Assembly: GCA_951406725.2 (NCBI GenBank)
Contig: OX597830.1
Location: 43,524,001-43,588,000, forward strand
Length of the DNA stretch: 64,000 nt
Direction of reading: 5' to 3'
From: Octopus vulgaris
Taxonomy: Eukaryota
In this document: positions 1 through 13,000 of the stretch, piece after piece
How positions within the stretch are numbered: position 1 is the stretch's first letter
Layout of the letters: every line of letters begins with the position of its first letter
Made by a program: the position numbers and the translations under genes
Notes under the pieces: generated by a model
Database searches by the model: none
The model's input: the letters and a program-made list of their open reading frames with translations, nothing else
What the model was told of the DNA's origin: nothing

Positions 1-1002
1 TATGTAATAGACATAACTATATATTTATGTGTGTGTGATGTGTTGGTCGAACTTATTTGGTTGTTGTTTCTAATGGCTGTATAAGCTGGTTCAGGTGATA
101 TCACATGCAGGAAAACAATGGAGGAGGAGAAGGAGAAAATCCTTCGTATGAAGAATGGAATGAAAACAGCCCACCCCTATGGGATCCATTTAGGATTCAA
201 CTTAAAATCCCAACAACATTACTGAGGGACATGGCTGTGTGGTTAAGAAGCTTGCTTCCCAGCCACGATTCTGGGTTCAGTCTCACTGTGTGGCACCTTG
301 GGCAAGTGTATTCTACTATATATAGCCTTGGACCAAACAAAGCCTTGCCTGTAGATTTGCAAGAAGGAAACTGAAAGAAGCCCATCATGTATTGCGTATA
401 TGTATATATGTGTATGTGTGTTTGTACCCTTGTCTAGATATCATGTGATAGTTGTAAATGAGTATTATTGTCATCTTCATAGAAGTGAGGTTGTTCCTTT
501 CTAGTCTTCTGTGAGAAATATGTCAGTCCATAGGGAAATATTTCCTTGCTTGGAAACAGGTGAAGGTTGGTGACAGGAAGGGCATCCAGCCATAGAAAAA
601 TCTTCACCAACAAATTCCATCTGCACCATGGCAGCATGGAAGAACAGATGTTAACACAGTGGAGAGAACGATGGCAAGATGCTGAATTTCATTAGAAATA
701 CAATGATTAAGGGACTAAACCATTCCCTCTACAGACTTTGTCTCACCTTCACTAAGTGAGCTTGGAGATTTTTATGAATCTTGCTAGAATTTGTTAAATT
801 TCTTGACATCAAATCAACAATTTTCTAAACCATTGTTATATGTTCGTGTAGATGTGTGGGTGTAGGTATATATGAATTAGCATGATTAGAAGAACTATTT
901 TGTTATGTGCATTTAGTAGACAGTATGAACTGTGAATAAAGCAAATGCACCATGATATTCCAGACATTACTGTTTGCATTGTCTTCAATTTGAATATTTC
1001 AG

Positions 1003-1053
1003 GGTAGCAGCTGGAGTTATAGCTATTTTCTTGGGGTCATACAGTCTACATAA
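1003..1053 (+). CDS. PIGN: PIGN exon (VAAGVIAIFLGSYSLH-K)
   Basis: tttcag|G...AA|gtaagt; hydrophobic segment, phase fits next exon. Confidence 0.75.
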   Translation, partial: GSSWSYSYFLGVIQST

Positions 1054-4000
1054 GTAAGTCTGTTTTCTGTTTTTGTGTTTTGGTGTTTTGGGGACATAGC
1101 TGGCTGAGTAAACAGTGTACCAAATGGCAAACCAACAAGGGAAGTCTCTGTGTGGTCACTTGAACTGTTAGGAATAGTTACCATGAGTATAGCTTGTAGA
1201 TAAGGGATGGGCTTTGTCAAGCTCACACAGTCCAAATATACTGATTGAAATACTAAATCTTCAGTACTGCTCCTCAGTTTGCTAGAAACAACTACTACAT
1301 ACCATTTACTTATTAAAATTGTGATGGATGTGTTTAATTTAAATTTACTTTAATTTTAACAAAGAATATTTTTTCAAGTTAAACTCAAACACCAAAAACA
1401 TTAGTTATTTCATGAAATACATTGAAATTCTTAATTATTTTCAATACACAGGTGGTGTATTTCATGAGAAATATGTTAATGAAAGAGTTAAACTGTTCCA
1501 TGCTTTACAAAAGAAGGTCATTGAGGATAATGTAGCCCTGAATGTAGTGTCCGGAATCAAAAAACTGGATGGTCATAGTTGGATTGCTTTGGTCATAGAT
1601 CTACGCCATCATTATTGACAAAGAGCTAAAAAACACTGGTTTCAAATTTTGACAGAAGGCCAGCAATTTTCGAGGTGGGGGGAGTCAGTTACATCAATCC
1701 CTATATTTAATGACTGGTTCGTTATTTCAACAACAATGAAAGGAGTTAAAGGCAACCTCATTAGAATTTCAACTCAGAATGGAAAACCAGAAGAAATCTT
1801 GCTAAGCATTTTCTCTGGCATGCTAACAGTTCTGCCAGATTACCATCTTCAAGGAACTAAATAACAACAAAATGATCATTGTACCAATGATGGTGTTTCT
1901 ACATGGTTACTTGATCTGCTAAAAATAGTAGCTCAAATAACACATTACTGCCTTTAAAATAAAGAAGTAAACATTAAATAGTGTTGTCTTTGATATATTA
2001 TGCCTAGACAAAAGACAGAATGGTCATGGCTGGAAGCTCATTTATCATAGGTCTGCTGAATCAGAGCTAACTAGGGAGACGGGTTATACAAGAACAGTCA
2101 GAACAGTTGCTTAACCCTTTCAATACCAACCTGGCTGAAACCACTTCTGGCTCTGAATACAAATGTCTTGTTTTCAAAAGTTCTGAATTAAAATCTTCCA
2201 CCAAACCTTAGTCACAATTTATGTTCCTAACACTAGCTTAATGATAACTAAGTTATTTTACTAAATTCTTTGTTATATTTAAAGTAAGATGAGGACAAAT
2301 ATCCGTCAAATGTAAATAATGTACATAATTGCTCATCTCTTAAATATAGAACTGATACTCTTATATTTATATTTTGTAGAATGTTTCCAAGAGAGTCTTT
2401 AATGAAAACAAGGAAGTTTGGACTTTTCCAGGTAACCATTGATTAGAATCAGAAATTGATCTTTGCTTGGGCCACTGACTGGTTCTCGTGCCAGTGGTAC
2501 ATAAAAAGCACCATTCAAGCGTGATCGTTGCCAACATTGCCTTACTGGCACATGTGCTGGTGGCACGTGAAAAACAACATTTGAGCGTGGTCATTGCCAG
2601 TGCCGCTGGACTGGCTCCTGTGCAGGTAGCACATAAAAACACCTTTTGAGCGTGGTCGTTGCCAGTACTGCCTGACTGGCCCTTGTGCCAGTGGCATGTA
2701 AAAGCACCCACTACACTCTTGGAGTGGTTGGCATTAGGAAGGGCATCCACCTGTAGAAACTTTGCTAGATCTGATTGGAGCTTGGTGCAGCCTTCTGACT
2801 CGCTAGTCCTCAGTCACACCATCCAATCCATGCCAGCATGGAAAGTGGACGTTAAACAACGATGATGATGATGATGAATAATGAGCTGTAAGAACATAGA
2901 ATCTACTTTAGCTCAGTTTTAGTTAATTAGAAACACTGATCTTGGCAGCAGTGTGACTTCATTTAATGCTTATACAGTTTCGCGACAGTGAGGTTGACTG
3001 AAGATTGATGAGTGATACTTTATAGAAGTGAAAGTGATAATGGGGATGATTTGTAGTGATAACAGAAACAAAAGGTGTGTGTGTGTATTGGTCTTCCATG
3101 AGGTGGAGTAGAGTCTAATGTTGCAACAGTCACCATCTCTAATCTACCAATTCTATAACAAGGGAGCTTCCATGTCATTTGACCTGCTGGAAGTCACAGC
3201 CACATTTCCCTCAAACCAAAATTGTCCTACATACCCATAAGGAAAGTGGGTGGTCACAGTTGGAATAACTTTTATCATGAGTTAGCTGGAAGTCAAGGTT
3301 GACTTGTGATTAAACAAGTATTTTTATTCCCCCTTTCAAAGGTAATATCTTACACTTAAACTTCAGACTGTTGTGTTGAGTGTTTTCTCTTCATTCAGAG
3401 TTGTTATCTTACAGTATTATATTCCACTCAAAGATGTTACCTTACAAGTTATACTCCACTCAGTAATCTACCATACAGTGTCATACTCCACTTAGTGATG
3501 TATTACCTTACAATGTTATACCCCACTCGGTTGTGTTAAATGTTAAGCTTCACTCAATGATGTGTTACCTTATAATGTTATACTCCACTCAGTGGAGTAT
3601 AACAGTGTTATACGATGGAAGACTACCTTTGTATTTGTGAGTAAAGATTAGCTCTAATTTTAGAAAAAAATTATCATATTTCATCTTGATGGAGTTAAAT
3701 ATCTATGAAACGAGTACTGCCCCCCTAAAATTGTCTTTAAAAATCTACATTTGAGTATATAATTAAAATATTTATTTTAGACATTCATTAAATTAATGAT
3801 GTTGTTTTCTTTGTATTTCTTTTGAAGGTTTTCTTAATTGGATTAGCTGTCTATATTGTGCATTCAACTGCTAATAATCTTGCAGTTAATCAAGGATTAC
3901 AACCAATTAACCAATGCATAAGTTGGCTATTATTAGGTAAGAAAAAAATATATATCTATTTTATTTTTACAAAATTCTTGTGAAATCATGTGTTGAAGCA

Positions 4001-7000
4001 GATGTCATTTGTGTTTTGGGAGGGTCATATTGCCAATAACAACACACACACTGGTTCTGTTTCACTGACTTTTGTTAATATTCATCAATGAGTTAACTAG
4101 GGAAGGCATGTGGCCTAGTGGTTAGGGTGTTGCACATATGATGGCCAAGTTGTAGATTCGATTCCCATACTAGGTAGTGTGTTGTGTTCTTGAACAAAAT
4201 ACTTTATTTTATATTGCTCTAGTGCTGAGTGGGGAGTGGCATGTCAAAGAATAGACTCGATATTTCCTCTACATGTCATAAAAGGTGACTAAAAGATAAA
4301 GTAGGATTTGCTCTCTGACTTCATAAAACCCTCACCAACAATAACTACCCAAGCTGACTCATAGGTTGGGGTACAGTTGTCTGTGTGTTACAGAGGCATC
4401 ATCGCCCAAGCGGAGTAGGGAATCACCAACAAATGGTGGATGCAGTGACACATTGACACAGCAAATTCTCTTGAACTAGTTAAAGAACTAGTTAACTAAT
4501 TAACCAGTTATGCACTGGGGGTAGATTTAGACAACCACATGCTTCTACAAATCTGTAGCCTTGTGCTAATTACTTGAAATAATTACAACAAAAAACGAAA
4601 TCATTATAACTGGACACTAAGGCAGCGAGCTGGCAGAATCATTAGCATGGTGGATGAAATGCTTAGTGGTATTTTGCCCGTCACTACATTCTGAGTTCTA
4701 ATTCCACTGAGGCCGACTTTGCCTTTCATCCTTTCGGGGTTGATAAAATAAGTACCAGTTGAATACTGGGGTTGATGTAATCGACTCATCCCCACCTCCC
4801 CCAAGCTGCCTTGTGGTAAAAATTTGAAATCATTATAACAGGATACTTAACAAGATTGCTATGTTATCAGTCTGAACATACTTGAGGCACATTTGAACTG
4901 GGGAACAAGCTAGTCATTGTATTTTGCCACAGAGAATATATCTCACTTGTTGACAATTGATGCGTGTACACCTAGATTGGCTCACTGCGCCATCTACCTA
5001 AACTGCAAGATGTTAACATTTCGGGGTAGTTACCTCCTCATTGGTCACAGACACTAAGCAGACAGCACTGCAAGCTGAATTAAGAGATAACCTCTCTTAT
5101 GCTTTTCCAGTCGTCGTATGGTCACTGGCAGCACTATACAGCATCATCATCATCATCATTGTTCGACCGTGGTCGAGACAATAGAATTTACCATGCTACG
5201 CCAGACTTCACGGTCCATCATGGCATTACTGAGGTCTTGTTGCTGGATGCCTGTATCCCTGGAGATTACATCAGGGTAGGAGAGTGTGCGCCCTCTGGTA
5301 TTGTGAGTAGATGTCTTCCAGAGGAGAAGAGTAGAAATTACCTCTTTTCAGCTCTACAACAATGTCCAGCAAACTGGACTCTCTTACCTTTCACAAGAGA
5401 TGACACAGGTGGTAGCAGCTCACCATAAGTAAAGTATAAGAGAGGTAATCTCTTAATTCAGCTCGCAGTGCCATCTGCTTAGTGACCAATGAGGAGATAA
5501 TTACTCTGAAATGTTAACATCTCACAGTGTAGGTAGGTGGTGCTGCAGGCTGATCTAGGTGTTGTCATCATCATCATTTAACATCTGCTTTCCAAGCTGG
5601 CATGGGTTGGGCAGTTTGACTGAGGAGTGACAAACCAAGAAGCTACACCTTGCTCCAATCTGATCTGGCAAGGTTTCTATAATTGGATGCCCTTCCTAAT
5701 GCCAACCACTCCGAGAGTGTAGTGAGTGCTTTTTACTTGCCACTGGCACGGGGACCAGTCAGGTGGCACTGGCATCGACTACACTCGAATGATACTTTTT
5801 ACATATACACACCATTTGTCAACAAGCGCGATATATTCTCTTTGACAAAATGCGGTGAGTAGATTATTCCCCATTTCAAACATGAATCAAGCATATTCAG
5901 ACTGATAATAGCATTACAGTTTCACTTGTCGCTGCTTCGTGCTCCCTCTCTTTAACTTAACAATACATTAGACATTAAGGTGGTGAGCTGGCAGAAACGT
6001 TAACACGCCAGGCGAAATGCTTGGCGGTATTTCTTCTGTCTTTACGCTCTAAGTTCAAATTCCACTGAGGTTGACTTTACCTTTCAACCTTTCGGGGTTG
6101 ATAAATTAAGTACCAATTGCATACTGAAGTCAATCTAATCGATTGGCCCCCTCCCCCCAAATTTTGGGTTTTGTGCTTAAAGTAGAAAAGAATATATTAG
6201 ACATTATTATAAGCAACAATTTTTAGGTAAGAAAATACCAGACATGTCATGTTTACTGTATTTTTAATAAAGATTTTGCATAATTAGTTCATAGTCACTT
6301 TGTACTTTAATTAACGAGATATGTATTCATTATTTAAAACACTAATTACAAGTTTACCATTTGACGCTATTAATTCACCATGCTTCTTTGTTTTGTCTTT
6401 GAAAGGTTCCACATTTGTTTTGCCACTCTTCAGCAGCCAGCTTGTTATTGAGCGTCTTCACTCCATCCTCCTATCCTTGTACACATTATATACATTGATG
6501 AGCACATCGTATCCTTTTCAATTAACTCTTTTGTCACCATATTTCTAATGTTATGATTGGGCGAGTCTTGGACATTTACCCCCCAATAACCCTGCAAGGA
6601 CAATTGCCCCTGAGGCAACAGATGATGATTTAAAACTTCTTAATATATTTGGGGGGGGAAGGTTATTGTCCTAGGGGTAATTGTCCTGATGCGGATTGGG
6701 GGCTTTACTAAAACATACATGTATATATAATAGATGCAGGCGTGGCTGTATGGTAAGAAGCTTGCTTCCCAACCACACAGTTCCGGGTTCGATCCTACTG
6801 CGTGGCACCTTGGGCAAGTGTCTTCTGCTACATCCTCAGGTCAACAAAAGCCTTGTGAGTGGATTTGGTAGGTGGAAACTGAAAGAAGCCCGTCGTGGTG
6901 CATGTGTGTGTGTGTACATGCACACACACGTGTGTGTATATGTAAAAGAGACTGATAGAATAAGTACTGGGCTTACAGTGAAAAGGTGGTGCTCCTGCAT

Positions 7001-10000
7001 GGCCACAGTCAAATGACTGAAATAAGTAAAAGAGAAAAAACAATATGTAATAGATGCAGGTTTTGGGTTCAGTCCCACTGCATGGCACCTTGTTTTGTAA
7101 TTCTTGCCATTGGAATTGCAGTGAAGTAGAGATTGGCCACTGCCAAAGACTGGCTCCTGCCAGAAGCTTATAACCAACAACACTACTGCTCATAAAATAT
7201 TGCAGGATATAAAATAAAAATTGATACAAAATGATAAAGCAATGAATTTAAGATCAATGTAAACAAAATTATCAATTTTGAAAATGAACTTTGAATTAAA
7301 AAAAGAAACAGCACCAAATAGAAACCCTTTAAGCTGTTCAGAGTCTAATTCCAAATGGGGATTGCTAGAAAAAAGCACATTTATCCTTTTCTATTCAATT
7401 GCAATAATAAACATTTTAATTTTTTTGAAACTATAGTATCAAATGCGAATGTGTATGAAAAAAAAGAAAACGTTTTCATAACAGTCAATACAATATTTTT
7501 GTGGTTCAAAAATTGCGATTTATGACCTAAAATGTCCTCTAGATTAGCCAGAGCTAATAATGACAAACTTTAACGACTAAATATTGTTAAACACACCTCT
7601 GCAAATGCAATGTGCATAAGCAATTCACTTTAAATACAACAAACTAAATGGCGGTGCCCCAGCATGGCCACAGCTCATTAGCTGAAACTGGAAAAATCAA
7701 AAAAAAAAATCAAAAAACAACCGGAAGTGAGACTGTTTTTAGCAGATCCCTAAATGGGGCTCATGGCAGGCAATGGGTTAACATCAGCTTCATAAGCATT
7801 AGATAAACCCAATTGTTAGATGTCTTCTTAATGTAAAACTCTCCCAAGGTGACCAGCTGGCAGAACCGTTAGCATGCTGCACAAAATGCTTAGCAACATT
7901 TCATTTGTCTTTATATTCTGAGTTCAGATTTCACCAAGGTCGACTTAGTCTTTCAACCGTTCAGGATTGATAAAATAAAGACCAGTTGAACACGGGCTCA
8001 CGTAATTGACTTATCCCTTCCCTTCGAACTTGCTGGCCTTGTGCCAAAATTTGAAAACCAATGTAAAAGTCTCCTTAACTCTTTCCAGTCACGAATGTCT
8101 TTTCATTCTTTCTTTTTGTTGTTCACTTTTCTTCTGGGTGTGGCTGGAAAGTATTGTCACCCCTTCACTGCACTTCCAACTGGATGATGTAAGTATTGCT
8201 TCAGATATTTCACACTTATTCCTTAACAGTCTAGCATTTGAACCAGCCATGTCTGGCAGCCCAGATATTCCACCTGTTTTATGTTCAAACTGGCCAGGTA
8301 ATCATCTCTTTTGCAGCAACACACCTGTTCCTGTCTTCATTCCTGATCTCTTTCTCTCTCTCTCCGGTCAGGTAACCTTGTAACCCCTCTACAGCAAGAC
8401 ATGTTTCTGTTTCTCTGTCTCCAATTCCTCCTCCCTCTCAAAAGATTTTTCTGTCTTGCAAGGTACTTGTTGACCCTGTCAGTGCAGGTGCCACTCAAAA
8501 GCACCCAGCCCACACTGTAAAGTGGTTGGTGTTTAGAAGGGCATCCAGCTGTAAAAACCTTGCCAAAACTGACCTCTCCTGTGCTTGTCCACTCTGCAGG
8601 GTGATTGGTGTTAGGAAGGGCATCCAGTTGTAAAAATTCCTGCCAAAACAGCCACAGACGTTTGGTGCAGGCTTCTGCATGGCCAGCTCCTGTGAAACCA
8701 TCCCACCTCTGCCAGCATGGAAGGTGGACAGTAAACGATGATGATCAGCACAGTCTCAAAGCTAGGAGATAACACCGTGCATCTTCCCACATTGTTCATG
8801 TTTTCCATCTTCTACAAGTTTCTTCTACTTGCGTTGCTTGGCACTTGTTGACCCAAATCTTATCCTCCAAATGCATCACATGTTCAGACCAGTCCAACTG
8901 CTCCTTTCTAACACATCAGAGTCTTCCAACACCCATTTTTATTCTTGGTTTACTCGTGTTGGACATCTTTTAACAATTAGCAGAAAACCACCCGGAGGGT
9001 AGTCTGTCAGCTTGTGTGTGTATCATCATCATTTAACATCCATTTTCCATGACTGGAGCTGGCCTGCCAGAGAGTTGCACCAGTCTCCAATTGTCTATTT
9101 TACCATGGTTTCTATAGCTGGATGCCTTTCCTAATGCCAACCACTTTGCAGAGTGTATTCTTGGTTTACTCGTGTTGGACATCTTTTATTTATATATATA
9201 TAGCTGTAACCTACACCTGTGTCGCATAACCAGCCAACTCAAAAGTACCCTTGGATTGTAGGGCAACATGCTGTGCTTGAAGAGACCTATTGAGTCAAGT
9301 ACATCAACATCAAATGGAAATCGTAGTTGTGGTCCCCATGCTGGTGGCATGTAAAAAGCACCATCCGAATGTGGTCGATGCCAGCTCCCTTGCCCTGACT
9401 GGCTTCTGTGCTGGTGGCACGTAAAAATCACCATCCGAACATGGCCGATGCCAGCACCACCTTGACTGGCTCCCATGCCGGTGGCACATAAAAAGCACCC
9501 ACTACACTCTCGGAGTGGTTGGCATTAAGAAGGGCATCCAGTCTGGTGCAGCCTCCTGGCTTTCCAGACTCCAGTCAAACCATCCAACCCATGCCTGCAT
9601 GGAAAACGGACATTAAACGATGATGATATACACATACATTTTGTGGGTAGAGCTGTGTTTCTCCTTATAAATATATCCTCCTCATCATCGCTGTTTAATA
9701 TCTGCTGTCTATGCTGAGACAGCCAAGCAGAAGCATACACCAGAGTTCTGTGACTGTTTTGGCAAGATTTTTACAGGTGGATGCCCTTCCTAACACCAAC
9801 CACTCAGCAGAATGGACTTTTTGAACATAAATTAAAATAGCCTTCTTATATTTAGAAAATATCTCTATTTTACAGTCTTTTATTGTATAAACTAGCAAAG
9901 AAAACTAAATTTTTTGCTCTAATGTTTACTCTAATTTTTACTCTAATCAGGATTAAATTTTTTATTCCTTTTCTGGTTTTTCTTTTTTTATTTTGTTTTC

Positions 10001-13000
10001 CTTTTTTCTTTTAATATTTTGTTTTTCCTCTACAAGTTTTTAAAATTTTTAAATCTTTTCAGGTGAGAACATTACATTTTGGCTCTGAACTCCAAGAAGA
10101 GAACAATTACATTCGAATTTCAAAAGAAGACACCCGAAGGGCCTATTTTTTTGTATCTTTTCTCATTTGTTTTGTCTTATATCTTCTTTCAGTCACTGGA
10201 CTGTGGCCATGTTGGAGCATCACCTTGAAGGGTTTAGTCAAATAAATTGACCCCAGAACTTATTGTTTTAAAGTCCAGTACTTATTCTTTGGGTCTCGTT
10301 TTGCCAAACTGCAAAGATATGGGAACATAAACAAACCAACACTGGTTTTCAATTGATAGTGAGAGGGTATACACAATGACTCACAATTTGAGGGAGATTA
10401 GACAACTATTTCTAGCAGATTGAGAGACCATCTAGAGCAGGGGTTCTCAAATATCCAGACCAGATCCAAAACCTGGATTTTTTTTTTAGAAGCTCATATC
10501 AAAAAAGTAAAACATGAGTCAATTAAAGAAAAATCTTATATTTATAGAGGGAAACCTGTTGGGGGCTGCCAGAAGGATGTTCAAGGGCCACATGCGGCCC
10601 TGGGATCTGCAGTTAAGAACTACTTGTCTTGAGGCATTGGTTCTTATAGTAAAGAAATATTTATGTCTTTTCAATTCCCATCACTAATTCACAAGACGGT
10701 AACTTATACAACCAACCATATTGCCATATCTTGGTTATGATTTCTTAATTTCTTCAGATATTTTTCATGTATACAGCATTTTTTGGAACCGGTAACATTG
10801 CCAGTATAAACAGGTAAGCTTATTCACCCTTTTTTATTTTATGCTTCTTGTGCAGGGGCTATTTCTTTCCAGAACATTGTTTTAACTTCTTAATGTCCAT
10901 GGCCATTCATTATTCCATATTAAATGTCTTGTAATGAAATTTCTTGCCTTTTTTTAATGATTTATAAGAATGGTTGTGTGTTCACATTCTTTAGGATTCT
11001 ACAATATAAAGAATCTTATATGTTTCCTTCCACAATTTGCCACGGTCACTCATGTTGCCCAAGCTTTTCTATCTCTTCACCTATTCTCACCCCCTGCTCC
11101 ATGTCTCTCAAGTGCATGTTCCAACACACTTTCACCATCCTCTTGGTCTCTCTCTCTTCCTCTCCATCTCTCCCTCACTGTTGCTCTCTTTATCTTACTC
11201 TCTAACTCCTCTCTTTTCCAACTGAGGTCTCCATGTATCTACAGCAAGACACCTACGTCTGTTTTGCCATTCCTTTAACAAAGGCACATCCCCCTCAATA
11301 CTACTTCCCCTCCTTCCCAGTTGAGAGGGTTTTGTCTTGCAAGGTCCTTGATGACCCTGCCGGTGCTGGTGCAACATAAAAAGCACCCAAAACACTCTGT
11401 AAAGCAGTTGATGTTAGGAAGGGCATTCAGCCATACAAAACCACATTAAAGTGGACATTGACTCATCATATCCTGTTAAACCAATCCACCCATGCCACCA
11501 GCATAGAATAAGGCATCAAATATGATGATGGTGATAAATGTATGGGTGGACAAGAGAGTTAAAGGCCAAATATAAATTTCATCCACACTTAGAAATAATT
11601 ATTCTTCTGAATATTGAGCTGTAGGCATCAACAACAAGGAGGAGAAAGATGTGTGGTGGCATGACAGAAATGGTAGGAACGTTGCAACAACTGACTTAGA
11701 AAAGAGAGAATTAAAAGTAAATACTTAAAGTGCAAATCCACCCAGGGTCTGAGTCGATGAACTGATATTTGAATGCAGCTTCACTTGTGGGTCTTGAAAT
11801 TCCCTCCTGTACTCAACCACACATCAAACGTCCTTCTGTGGCTGACATTTCATTAAGAAGATGCTATTTCTAATGCTTCTCTCTTCATTAACATTTATTC
11901 CAATCAATCTTCTGTCACATTTATTCTAATCAATCTCCAGTAACATTTCTTCCAGTCAATCTCCAGTTACATTTCTTCTAGTCACGTTTCCTCCAGTCAG
12001 TCTCCAGCCAATCCCCAATCGCATTTCCTCCAGTCAATCTCCAGTCACGTTTCCTCCAGTCAATCTCCAGTCACATTTCTTTCAATCAATCCCCAGTCCC
12101 ATTTCCTCCAGTCAATCCCCAATCGCATTTCTTCCAGTCAATCCCCAATCGCATTTCTTCCAGTCAATCCCCAGTCGCATTTCCTCCAGTCAATGCCCAG
12201 TCGCATTTCCTCCAGTCAATCCTCATTCGCATTTCCTCCAGTCAATCCCCAGCCACATTTCCTCCAGTCAATCCCCAGTCGCATTTCTTCCAGTCAATCT
12301 TCCAACTACCAAAGTCTTATTTTTGTTCTTTGTTTTTTCTCTTTCTTTTCAGCTTTGATCCTGCGTCAGTTTATTGTTTCCTCACGGTGTTCCATCCTTT
12401 CTCTATGGGAACTCTCTTACTGCTGAAGGTGAGATGATATTAAATCTATTTTTTCACTCTCCTCTCTTCCCCACCTAATCTCTCTATACTTTTAATCTTT
12501 CATCACCTGGCACAAAACCCTTCCCCACCCCTTCCCAGTTGGGGAATCTATTTTGCAAGGTACTTGCTATTCCTGTCAGTGCTGGTGCCACGTAAAAAGC
12601 CCCCAGTTCACTCTATAAAGTGTTTGGCATTAGGAAGGGCAGCCAACCAAAGCAGGCAGTGGAGTCTGGCATAGCTCTCCAGCTGGCCACCTCCTGTTAT
12701 ACCTTCCAACTCATGCCAACCAGCATGGAAAATGGACATTAAATGATGACAGTGACAACGATGATGATGATGGGAGATGACCAATTTCTGTAGAGAGTAG
12801 AAGAGGGAGTGGTTTGTATTTGCATGAATCAACACCATTTGGCATTGATTCTGGTCAGTTTAGAACTTAAGACAATGACTGATGAAACTAGTCTTAGGTC
12901 AATCAAAGTGCTTTATGAGTGAAACTTTTTTCTTCTTTTCATAAGGCCAGAGTTTAAGCTGGCTTCCATGGCATTTATAAGTGGCTGCTTAGATTACAAC

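Noticed and set aside
105-374. 89-aa ORF preceded by a ttcag acceptor-like site
   Set aside because: No resemblance to PIGN, and its 3' half runs through a family A SINE; no supporting donor.
8219-8234. Perfect U12 branch motif TTCCTTAAC just inside the next PIGN intron
   Set aside because: It overlaps the TTAA end of a MITE remnant, the next AGs are only 3 and 8 nt away, and using it would skip a conserved exon.
11890-12302. Regular repeats (also the RTE-UTR subrepeats) as a possible CRISPR array
   Set aside because: Eukaryotic intron, no unique spacers, no cas genes.
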